DNA from: an uncultured bacterium
Lineage (GTDB): Bacteria; Desulfobacterota; Deferrimicrobia; J040
Direction: 5' to 3'
Length of the DNA: 64,000 nt
Assembly: GCA_964429585.1 (NCBI GenBank)
Contig: CAYSCN010000008.1
Location: 7,530-71,529, forward strand
Below the pieces are notes generated by a model. It ran no database searches, was not told the origin of the DNA, and saw nothing but the letters and a program-made list of their open reading frames with translations. The position numbers and the translations under genes were made by a program. Of this stretch, positions 28,335-36,515 are shown piece by piece. The number at the start of each line of letters is the position of its first letter. Positions within the stretch are counted from its first letter, which is position 1.

Positions 28335-28346
28335 TAGGCTACCGCC
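28335..28346 (-). promoter_or_regulatory. ops-like element GGCGGTAGCCTA (E. coli ops = GGCGGTAGCGTG) in the mRNA-sense strand 25 nt upstream of the RfaH-like gene start; preceded by hairpin GGGGAA-N7-TTCCCC (28348-28366)
   Basis: Reverse complement of + 28335-28346 (taggctaccgcc). 10/12 identity to ops including the invariant GGCGGTAG core and T11. Non-template orientation is correct for RfaH-type recruitment. Confidence 0.35.
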
Positions 28347-28413
28347 ACGGGGAAATTTATATTCCCCTTTAAAAACAAATGGTTAGCAACTCTCAGTTTG
28401 TTTCGAGGACCGC

Positions 28414-29904
28414 TCAGGCGTCCTCGACAATACCGCACTCTTTCATCTTGTAAAGGAGTGCTTTGTAAGAAATATCCAGAATCTTCGCCGCTTTTCTTCT
28501 GTTCCAGCGCACGTGGTTCAAAACCTTTTCGATAACCAGTCGCTCTGCTCTCCTGGAGGCAGAACGTGATATTTCCTTCAAAGGAACTTTGCCCGAAGCG
28601 AGATCGATGTTCTTTATCAGGAAATCTATGTCCTGAAAACTCCCACCGTTCCCCGGCCTCGAAATTTCCCTTTCAATTCTCACAGCTGCGCTTCCACCGG
28701 CAGATCCTGCACCCCTCGCTGAAGCGTAAAACTTCTCTTCGGTGCTTTTTTTCATAAGCTCCGTGAAAGCAACGGACTCAGAACCCATAATGACTATGCG
28801 CTTAACGTAATTTTCGAGCTCTCTGATATTCCCGGGCCACGAATATTCCAAGAAGCTGTTGATGAGAGAATCGGATATAACTTGTCCCTCCTTGTTGTAC
28901 ATGAAAGAGTATTTCTTCAGGAAATAATCGACAAGCAGAGGAATGTCTTCCTTCCTCTCTCTCAGAGGTGGAAGGTGTATGTTGACGACATTCAGGCGGA
29001 AATAGAGATCTTCTCTGAAATTCCCTTCTCTTACCGCTTCTTGTAAGTCTCTGTTTGTCGCGCTCACGATACGAACGTCCACTTTGACGTCTCTTTCGCT
29101 ACCCACAGGCGAAAACACCCCGTCCTGAACGACCTGGAGCAATTTCGACTGTATTCTGATAGGCATCTCGGATATCTCATCGAGGAATATAGTCCCCATT
29201 GAGGCAATCTCGAACTTCCCTCTCTTTTTTTTGTAAGCGCTCGTGAACGCGCCTTTTTCGTACCCGAAAAGCTCACTTTCCAGAAGATTATAAGGTATTG
29301 CAGCACAATTGACTTTAACGAATTTTTTGTCGGATCTCCTGGACAACTTGTGGATAGCCCTCGCGACAAGGTCCTTACCAGTTCCACTCTCTCCGGTAAT
29401 CAGAACCGTTATGTCGGTACCGGCCACCTGATCCACTATCGCCTTTATCTTCTTCATTGACTCATAGCGAGAAAAAACGAGGTTGTATTCGTTTTCCGGG
29501 TCCGTCAATGTTTTCAACTCTTCCAGTTCTCTCTTGTCTCCCACCACGTTTATCGCCCTGTGTATCCTGACCAGTAGCTCATCGTATTCGAACGGCTTTT
29601 TCAGGTAATCTGTGGCCCCAAGCTTCATCGCTCTCACAGCCTCTTCGATTTCAGATTGAGCGGAAATCAAAACTATCGGGACGTATCTGTTCCCATTCAA
29701 GAAAATAGGTATCAGGTCGATGCCATTCCCGTCAGGAAGAAAAATATCGAGTATCACGATATCAGGCTTTTCCTCGAAGAAAGTCGTTTCTGCCTCTAAC
29801 TTGGTCGTCGAAACAACCACGTTCATTCCATGCTGAAGAAGAAATCTCTTCGTCATGTTGAGGAATGAAGGGTCATCATCTATCAAAAGAACTTTGTTCC
29901 CCAA
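28414..29904 (-). CDS. sigma54-dependent response regulator (NtrC family: REC + AAA+ sigma54-activation + Fis-type HTH), PrsR-like
   Basis: REC domain (LLIDDD...ILDIFLPDGNG). AAA+ with GESGTGKD, ESELFGYEKGAFTSA (GAFTGA-type) and arginine-finger region. C-terminal HTH ...NRRKAAKILDISYKALLYKMKECGI. TTG start with AGGAGGGAG RBS. Confidence 0.9.
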   Translation of the reverse strand: MGNKVLLIDDDPSFLNMTKRFLLQHGMNVVVSTTKLEAETTFFEEKPDIVILDIFLPDGNGIDLIPIFLNGNRYVPIVLISAQSEIEEAVRAMKLGATDYLKKPFEYDELLVRIHRAINVVGDKRELEELKTLTDPENEYNLVFSRYESMKKIKAIVDQVAGTDITVLITGESGTGKDLVARAIHKLSRRSDKKFVKVNCAAIPYNLLESELFGYEKGAFTSAYKKKRGKFEIASMGTIFLDEISEMPIRIQSKLLQVVQDGVFSPVGSERDVKVDVRIVSATNRDLQEAVREGNFREDLYFRLNVVNIHLPPLRERKEDIPLLVDYFLKKYSFMYNKEGQVISDSLINSFLEYSWPGNIRELENYVKRIVIMGSESVAFTELMKKSTEEKFYASARGAGSAGGSAAVRIEREISRPGNGGSFQDIDFLIKNIDLASGKVPLKEISRSASRRAERLVIEKVLNHVRWNRRKAAKILDISYKALLYKMKECGIVEDA

Positions 29905-30135
29905 AAATTCTCCCTCCTTTGTCGTGTGATTATAATAGTATCAATTCCTGTGCCAAGAAACGAAAAACATCACCCATATTTTAAAAATTTTTATCTTACT
30001 GTAATCAAAGGGGAAAAAAATTTATCCAAATAGCAATATTAATTCACAATGATATAGAAATAATTACATTGATAATATCTTACACGTATTGGGTAATATT
30101 TTACTCACTATTGCTTTTTCGTCAGATTTATTCGG

Positions 30136-31281
30136 TCACGGAACGGGAATGGTGAAAGACACAGTCGTCCCTTTTCCGGGCTCGCTTTCTATCGCGAGCT
30201 CGCCGTTTTGAACTTCCACCAGTTTCTTGCATATGGAAAGCCCCAGCCCGACAGTTCCTATCCCCTCCCTCTTGAATATCATCGGGTCACTCGTGAGAAT
30301 CTCTCTTATTTTTTCCTTTGGCATACCACATCCCTTGTCTGAAACCGAAATCAACGCTTTTCCATTTTCAGCATGAGAAACAGACACCACTATTTCCGAA
30401 CCCGCAGGTGAAAATTTTATTGAATTCACCATCAGGTTGTCGAGAATCTGCCCTACTTTCAGTCTATCCGCGTAGACGAGCACTTTGTCCGAAACATTCG
30501 TCCTCCTGATTTTTATGTTCTTCATCTCCACGTAAGGAGCCAGAAAGTCTATGCATTCGTCTATCAGCTCTCCTATGTCGAATGTCGTGGAGTTGAGATT
30601 TATCGTCCCCTGTTCCACGGCATGATAGTCCAGGAAAGACTCAATCATCACAAGTGCTCTCTTTAGACACCTTCTTCCTTCCACAAATATGCTCATCTCG
30701 TCTTCTGTAAGCTTGTGGCTGCATGATTCCCCTATCATCTGATGATACCCGTTCAGAACCGTCAAAAGGGTTTTCAGGTCATGGCTTGCCGTGGAAATCA
30801 TGAAAGACTTGAATGACGATAGTTTCTCCACCTCTCGGTTCTTTTCCTCCAGCTCCTTGACGAGCTTCTTAAGCTTTCTCTCGTTTTCCTTTCTCTGTCT
30901 CTCGGCTCGTAGCTTCTCATAGGCTCTTCTAAGAGAATGCAGAATGATCTCTGGCTCAAACGGCTTCATGATGAAGTCATACGCTCCGAGCTTGAGGGCT
31001 CTAACTGCCGACTCGAGTGTCGCATAACCTGTGATGACTATAACAGGAATATCGGGTCTGGTCCTGCCAACCTTCCCCAGAAGATCGAGACCGGACTCAC
31101 CGTTGAAGTTTATATCAGTTATCATGATAATACTTTTTCTTTTTTTCTTTATGAAATCGTAAGCATCTCCCGGATTTATGAATTTTTCCACATTAAACCC
31201 TTTTGACGCCACGATTTTCGCCAGCGACTCGAGAAACTTCTCATCGTCCTCAACTATCACGACAGTCGTCCTTCTCATCAA
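30136..31281 (-). CDS. Hybrid histidine kinase (N-terminal REC + HisKA + HATPase_c), cytoplasmic
   Basis: REC (VVIVEDDE...IIMITDINFNGESG). H-box SHDLKTLL. N/G boxes (NLMVNSIKFS, DKGCGMPKEKI, GTVGLGLSICKKLV). No TM. Confidence 0.8.
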   Translation of the reverse strand: MMRRTTVVIVEDDEKFLESLAKIVASKGFNVEKFINPGDAYDFIKKKRKSIIMITDINFNGESGLDLLGKVGRTRPDIPVIVITGYATLESAVRALKLGAYDFIMKPFEPEIILHSLRRAYEKLRAERQRKENERKLKKLVKELEEKNREVEKLSSFKSFMISTASHDLKTLLTVLNGYHQMIGESCSHKLTEDEMSIFVEGRRCLKRALVMIESFLDYHAVEQGTINLNSTTFDIGELIDECIDFLAPYVEMKNIKIRRTNVSDKVLVYADRLKVGQILDNLMVNSIKFSPAGSEIVVSVSHAENGKALISVSDKGCGMPKEKIREILTSDPMIFKREGIGTVGLGLSICKKLVEVQNGELAIESEPGKGTTVSFTIPVP

Positions 31282-31994
31282 CTCTCCCCCTCAACAGGTA
31301 TGATTACCCTGAAAATCGCCCCTTCATTCCCTTCTTCGTAAGCTATTTCTCCGCCTGCAGCGTCGACTATGTTCCGGCATATCCACAGCCCGAACCCTCT
31401 TCCCTCCCCTTTTTTGGAGGGCACAGGTTCCTCGAAGAGCCTGCCTCTCAGGTCACTGCTCAAGCCGCCACCTGAATCTTCAACTTCAATTCGGGCCAAT
31501 TTTCCGTCCGACTTCGCCCTCACCTCTATCCAGCCTCCGCTCGAAGTTGCATCACAGGCATTTGAAACAAGATTCGACAAAACCTGTCTGAGAGAAGAGC
31601 GGGAAATAGAAAGCGGTGTTCTGCCATTCCCCACAGCCACACCAAAAGCAACCCCTTTCGACTCCGCTATCTTTCTGTAGATGTTTTCCATGAACCGTGC
31701 CTCTTCCTCCAGAATGGCTATTTCGCGTCCATTCCAGTTGAACCCGCCACCGAATGAAAACTCATCTATTGTCTCCTCAATTCTCTTGACTTCCTCATAA
31801 ATGGCTCTCAAATTTTCAAGGGCAACATCCGTTTTCCTCCGTCCTCCTCCATACTTCTTCATTTCTTCGGTAACTATGTAAATGTAATTTTTAATTGTCC
31901 CAAGAGGCGTTCTTATCTCGTGTAACAACGACCTGTAATATTTCTCCCTTTCACGCAATATATAGAGCTCCTCTATTAGCTTCTCAACTTTCAT
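31278..31994 (-). CDS. Soluble histidine kinase (HisKA + HATPase_c), translationally coupled to the hybrid kinase
   Basis: H-box LHEIRTPLGTIKNY. ATPase boxes (LSNLVSNACDAT, DSGGGLS, GRGFGLWICRNIV). ATGA overlap with the downstream gene. Confidence 0.75.
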   Translation of the reverse strand: MKVEKLIEELYILREREKYYRSLLHEIRTPLGTIKNYIYIVTEEMKKYGGGRRKTDVALENLRAIYEEVKRIEETIDEFSFGGGFNWNGREIAILEEEARFMENIYRKIAESKGVAFGVAVGNGRTPLSISRSSLRQVLSNLVSNACDATSSGGWIEVRAKSDGKLARIEVEDSGGGLSSDLRGRLFEEPVPSKKGEGRGFGLWICRNIVDAAGGEIAYEEGNEGAIFRVIIPVEGES

Positions 31995-32200
31995 TTCTCA
32001 ACTTATCCCCCCCTTAGATGGACGGAAAAGAAAATATGATTCTTTTTTGCCAGTTATCAAACGATATATCGCAGCTTGTATGTAAATATTTTCTCAACAA
32101 GGGTATTTAATTATTTTATGAAGGAGGGCCAACTCAGTCAATGTATATTGCCAAATATTGTCAAATTTTACGAAATTATAAAAATAGAAGGTATTAAAAA

Positions 32201-32277
32201 TGGTGGCGGTGCAGGGATTCGAACCCCGGACACAGCGGATATGAGCCGCTTGCTCTAACCAACTGAGCTACACCGCC
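32201..32277 (-). tRNA. tRNA-Met: tRNA-Met (anticodon CAU), 77 nt including genomically encoded CCA
   Basis: Cloverleaf fits by eye: acceptor GGCGGTG/CACCGCC, D-arm GCTC-AGTTGGTTA-GAGC, anticodon arm AGCGG-CTCATAT-CCGCT, T-arm CGGGG-TTCGAAT-CCCTG, then ACCA. Could alternatively be tRNA-Ile2 (lysidine) or initiator; anticodon stem lacks the 3 G-C initiator signature. Confidence 0.85.
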
Positions 32278-32292
32278 ACCGACTAAACTTAT

Positions 32293-32320
32293 ATTTTACC
32301 TGATATTACATGTTTGTCAA
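32293..32320 (-). promoter_or_regulatory. sigma70-type promoter for the tRNA gene (TTGACA-16 nt-TAAAAT)
   Basis: Minus strand TTGACAAACATGTAATATCAGGTAAAATATAAG located ~15 nt upstream of the tRNA 5' end. Confidence 0.5.
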
Positions 32321-32328
32321 AGCATATT

Positions 32329-33729
32329 TCACCTGACAATAACCTTCCGCCATTCCATGGACCTGGGGGCAAATTCGCTTCCGACAAGCGACAAAAGGAT
32401 GAATCTGTATCTTTCAGAATCGGGCTGGAAGCGCACGTAGAAACCACCCGGGATAACATCATCGTTCTCATATTTGTAAACCTCTTCAAAACCTTTTCCC
32501 GACAACTTGAGTACGATAACAGACGTTCCTCTCTCGAGCCTCAAAGATTCGAAAAAAGTCCCCCTCACAATCTTGCTTGCGACCACAATCAGTTCTTGAG
32601 AACCGTCACCATCCAGGTCATAAGCCTTAAGCTTCAAAACCTTCCCCTCGAACATAAAAGCGTTCTCAGGATTTTTCTCCCATATTCTCCCATCACTTGC
32701 GTATACTACCCGGAAACTCTTTCCATCCCAGTAAACCGCTTTCTTCTCCGAGTCGAACGAAATCGAAAAGGATATCTTGCCCTCATCAACGATTTTTTTG
32801 GTCCCGTTCTTCATGAGGAAAAAGAACAATTTCCCCTTCTCATCGACGCTCCATCCAACAACACCCTTCCGCGGGTGATCGTAAACTCCGATCCACCCTT
32901 CCCCCTCGTATTTTACGTATTCGCTTTTCTCTTCATCAAAATCTACCAGCAGCCACCTCGCCCCTTGCCCGGTATCAATATTCACGAGGGCTTCCTGTCT
33001 CATATCCCTGTCGAGATCAGCGCATTCAAGCCCGCTGACTTCAACCCCCGGCGGGAGAGAAAAAGACCGGACTTTCACTCCTCCCTCGTCTCCCACTTTC
33101 CAGATATCTACCCTGTCGTCATTCGCTCCAACGACCTCGTCCTCTCCATCCAGATCCATATCCCCACCGGCGAGAAACCTGTAATCACCCCTTCCACCAG
33201 AGTGATAGGTTACTCGGCCTCTAGGCAGATACTTCCTCAATGCTTCCATGGATTTGAACCGTTCCTTCTTCCCTGAAACCGAAACAGTTCGCCTGGGAAC
33301 GACATTCTTTCCAGGTGTTATCTCTGCGTATGCAAACCTGGATGCAACGTTCGATACATCACTCAGGCCTCGAGCTATCTCCCCCTCACCGACCACAGTG
33401 ATGGCAAAATAACTCCTCCTGCCACGGAGGTCTTCCACGTATCCGTCAAGGGAATACTCCTTCCCAATTTTCGTTACATCCAGGAAAATTCTGAGCGGGT
33501 CACTGCCGGCGGGATCGAAATATCGAGACAACCGCGTGAAAAGCATGTTACTCACAGCTTTGCCCAGTTCCTCGCCCAGTCCTACGGGATGATAAGAAAT
33601 CCTTTCTATTCTGAAGCCCCTTCTCTCCAGGAGCTCCGAAGACGTGGAAACTCCGGTCAGCAAAAAGACTGACAGAACAAGAATCACTGAGAGGATCAAA
33701 ATCTCCCACAACCTGCGATTTCTCAACAT
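32329..33729 (-). CDS. Membrane-anchored FG-GAP/VCBS-like repeat protein (beta-propeller), function unknown
   Basis: N-terminal TM (ILILSVILVLSVFLLTGV). Repeated DxDxDG calcium-binding-like motifs (DMDLDGEDEVV, DLDGDGSQELIVV). Confidence 0.5.
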   Translation of the reverse strand: MLRNRRLWEILILSVILVLSVFLLTGVSTSSELLERRGFRIERISYHPVGLGEELGKAVSNMLFTRLSRYFDPAGSDPLRIFLDVTKIGKEYSLDGYVEDLRGRRSYFAITVVGEGEIARGLSDVSNVASRFAYAEITPGKNVVPRRTVSVSGKKERFKSMEALRKYLPRGRVTYHSGGRGDYRFLAGGDMDLDGEDEVVGANDDRVDIWKVGDEGGVKVRSFSLPPGVEVSGLECADLDRDMRQEALVNIDTGQGARWLLVDFDEEKSEYVKYEGEGWIGVYDHPRKGVVGWSVDEKGKLFFFLMKNGTKKIVDEGKISFSISFDSEKKAVYWDGKSFRVVYASDGRIWEKNPENAFMFEGKVLKLKAYDLDGDGSQELIVVASKIVRGTFFESLRLERGTSVIVLKLSGKGFEEVYKYENDDVIPGGFYVRFQPDSERYRFILLSLVGSEFAPRSMEWRKVIVR

Positions 33730-34322
33730 ACGAGCACCATACCGTAAAACCTGTAATCCGTATCGCCCATCGCGATGCTTTCGTCAATCCCCGCATTTTT
33801 AAGCGTAGCGAAAACGTCTATGCCCACTCCCTCCATCGAAGGACGCGCTTCTTCGGGCTTTCGGCACCTCTCTCCAAAAGTGACACATTCGTCGCACAAC
33901 TTGCATGGACCACCCTTCAGCCCGAATGATAGGTGAAACCCCAGTGACAGCGCTTTTCTCTCCACGGCAACCACAACCCTGTTTATGTCCTCGGGCCTGG
34001 TCCTGAGAAGGAGTATCCTCTCGTATTTCACGAGGTTGCGTTCGAACTCAAGCGGCGGAATCGTGAAAGGAGGGCACACGAGAAAATAGGAATACCCGGG
34101 ACAACCGTATCGACATTTCCAAATGACTCTTTCATCTACAACGACATCTCTCGGAGATATCCACAGGGCAATCTCTGAACCCGCCTTGATGGCAAAGGAA
34201 CTCAACAACTCTAATCTGGAGTCGACTGCTACGGGCAATTCTATACCTTCTTCTTCATTTGATGAGTTTCGCGAATTCTTTGAACTCCGGCGTCCCGGCC
34301 ACCTTGAGGAGAGAAAATCCAA
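33723..34322 (-). CDS. Cys-rich putative metal-binding protein (hypothetical)
   Basis: CRYGCPGY...C...CKLCDEC cysteine motifs. 5' end overlaps the isochorismatase gene, so the true start is probably internal/non-ATG. Confidence 0.4.
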   Translation of the reverse strand: MDFLSSRWPGRRSSKNSRNSSNEEEGIELPVAVDSRLELLSSFAIKAGSEIALWISPRDVVVDERVIWKCRYGCPGYSYFLVCPPFTIPPLEFERNLVKYERILLLRTRPEDINRVVVAVERKALSLGFHLSFGLKGGPCKLCDECVTFGERCRKPEEARPSMEGVGIDVFATLKNAGIDESIAMGDTDYRFYGMVLVC

Positions 34323-34824
34323 CCGTTTCCGTTGGAAGCTCTACAGCCCCCGCATCGACGAGGCTCCTCACCCCTATTTCCTTGTTCTCCTTCCTTCTCG
34401 AGCACACGGCATCGCTTACTATGTATACTTCGTATCCGGCCTGCAGGAGGTCAATCCCGGTCTGATACACACACACGTGCGCTTCGACCCCGCACAGAAT
34501 TATCTGCTTTCTCCCCTTCCTGGATATGGCTTCCAGGATGTTTTTGTCCCTTATGCAGCAGAAGGTCATCTTTTCGAAATATTCAAATTCCTTGTTCTCA
34601 ATCAGCTCCTTAAGTTCAGGCAACGTCGCGCCAAGCCCTTTCGGGTATTGCTCCGTGAGTATTATTGGAACATCGAGTATTTGAGCAGTCTGAATGAGAA
34701 TCTTCATGTTTCTCAAAGCCTCCGGAAAAATATCCGGGTCCATGGCAGGAGCGAGTTTCTCCTGAACGTCTATGACCATCAGTACTGCTTCGTCTCTTTC
34801 GAGCAAACGCGGCATATCACTCAC
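34255..34824 (-). CDS. Isochorismatase-family cysteine hydrolase
   Basis: MVIDVQEKL... , catalytic region QIILCGVEAHVCVYQT, ~190 aa. Confidence 0.8.
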   Translation of the reverse strand: MSDMPRLLERDEAVLMVIDVQEKLAPAMDPDIFPEALRNMKILIQTAQILDVPIILTEQYPKGLGATLPELKELIENKEFEYFEKMTFCCIRDKNILEAISRKGRKQIILCGVEAHVCVYQTGIDLLQAGYEVYIVSDAVCSRRKENKEIGVRSLVDAGAVELPTETVGFSLLKVAGTPEFKEFAKLIK

Positions 34825-34908
34825 CTCCGAGTAATTCTTACCTATTATACTGACAAGTAATGTATGAGCCCGCGTCGAACAACCTGCATGTGAACATCTA
34901 ATGGAACT

Positions 34909-36111
34909 TCAGAGAATGATAATCTTCTCATCTAACTTCGTCAAATTTTCAGGCCCCTCTCTTGTAATCAGGTAGGTGTTTTCAACACCCACAGCCCCTT
35001 TACCGGGAAAGACGAACTTCGGCTCTATCGCCACGGTCATCCCCTCCTCCAGGAGGAAGTCCAGCTTCTCTGCAAAAAACGGATACTCATCGACCTCTAT
35101 CCCTATGCCGTGTCCGACGAACTTGACTCTGTTTTTCCCATATCCCATGAAATATTCACTAAAACCGTTTTTCTCAGCCAAGGAAACCGCCTCTTCGTAA
35201 ATCAGTCTCGTGCCAGAACCAGGAACCAGCATCTTCTCGATGCTTCTAATTATTTCAATCGCCAGGTCGTGTGCCTCGAGTAGTTTCTCGTCCTTTATTC
35301 CTCCAACAGAAAACACCCGCGTCATGTCCGTCGTATACCCCTCGTGAACCCACATAACGTCCACTATCACCGGCTCTCCTCTCTCGATCCTCCTCTCTGA
35401 CGGGCCAAAAGGAAATCCGGTATGCAACCCCTTCCCTCCCAGAGGAGTATCCGTAAAAGTCTCCACCGAGCCGTTCTCCCCCGAGAGAACGTGGGCAACC
35501 GTCAAATCCTGATTCCAGTTTCTCATTTTTATGATTCCACCGTGCCCGTTTGATAACGCAAAATCGACTATCCTCCCAGCAACCTCCACTTCCGATACAC
35601 CTTCTCGAATGACTTCCTTCGCCTTTTCCACGAGAGAGACCAGTCTTTTCCCCGATTCTTTCATCTTCCTGATCTCGTATTCGCTCTTCACGGCCCTGGC
35701 TGTTCGAATCAGGTGAGTTATATCCATCACACTGGACGGTGAAAGTATCTCGGACAACCTGCCCAAAAGCCAGGCCGGAATAACGTCCATTTCGAAACCA
35801 ACCACTCTGCCCGATGTGGACTCGTTTCCTATTCGTGAAGGAATATCCGATGGAGAGGAGATCTCTTCAACTCGCGATAGAGGCGTCTCCCTACGCGCTC
35901 TGTCAAAGCTCTTCCTGACGAAGAAAATCGGTTCATCATCTGCGAATACGAGGAGTATTCCCTGCTGAACAATACCGGTGAAGTAGAAGAGATCCGCGCT
36001 CTGAACGATTACTGCTACGTCTATACCATTTTCGGCGAGGAGCTCCCTGAATCGCTGGATTCTGTTCGTTATTTCCTCTTTGGGAACGAGTTCGTAACCC
36101 AATTCCATCAC
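34909..36111 (-). CDS. M24-family metallopeptidase (Xaa-Pro aminopeptidase/prolidase-like)
   Basis: Creatinase N-domain + pita-bread fold with HGIGIEVDEYPF and VENTYLITREGPENLT motifs. Confidence 0.85.
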   Translation of the reverse strand: MMELGYELVPKEEITNRIQRFRELLAENGIDVAVIVQSADLFYFTGIVQQGILLVFADDEPIFFVRKSFDRARRETPLSRVEEISSPSDIPSRIGNESTSGRVVGFEMDVIPAWLLGRLSEILSPSSVMDITHLIRTARAVKSEYEIRKMKESGKRLVSLVEKAKEVIREGVSEVEVAGRIVDFALSNGHGGIIKMRNWNQDLTVAHVLSGENGSVETFTDTPLGGKGLHTGFPFGPSERRIERGEPVIVDVMWVHEGYTTDMTRVFSVGGIKDEKLLEAHDLAIEIIRSIEKMLVPGSGTRLIYEEAVSLAEKNGFSEYFMGYGKNRVKFVGHGIGIEVDEYPFFAEKLDFLLEEGMTVAIEPKFVFPGKGAVGVENTYLITREGPENLTKLDEKIIIL

Positions 36112-36515
36112 CTCAAATAAGTTGTAAAGCTGTCAATGTATTCGCCTACCTCCGTTAAACTGCGCGAATACGCATCCACGAGCCACGTGTTTCGCAAGGG
36201 GCGGATTTGTTGTTTCGTGCTTCGAATTTAGTATTTCGTGCTTGATATAGGCTCTTCTACCTGCAGAACGTCAGAGCCTGTTTTTATCCCACAAAAGACC
36301 TTCTCATTCCCCAGGCATTGCTTATCACCACCGGCTTCACTTCAGGGGGATTCTCCCCCTGAAACCCCCTCTTCCCCACTTAAAACAACTGGTTCGTCGT
36401 TACGTAATTACCGTAGTTGCGTATCTGAGATAAATACACAACCACACAACCACAATAACCACGGACCGGAGTTTTGGAGCCTCGGCGGTTCGGATCCTAC
36501 TCAGATCGGTCGCCA

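Noticed and set aside
28318-28413. sigma70 -35/-10 candidates (TTGCTA ... TATAAA) in the leader of the RfaH-like gene
   Set aside because: No hexamer pair with 16-18-bp spacing. The TATAAA boxes sit inside the hairpin loop or too close to the start codon. The promoter for this operon is probably upstream of, or shared with, the activator gene.
29941-29955. TGGCACAGGAATTGA upstream of the sigma54 activator gene
   Set aside because: Perfect -24 TGGCAC, but the -12 position is GA rather than the near-invariant GC. A TATAAT hexamer follows immediately. More likely a sigma70 context or chance. Kept out of the feature list.
32076-32258. 60-aa + strand ORF
   Set aside because: Overlaps the tRNA-Met gene and its promoter. 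It reflects the tRNA sequence, not a protein.
32314-33276. 320-aa + strand ORF
   Set aside because: Antisense to the FG-GAP membrane protein gene. No domain signal.
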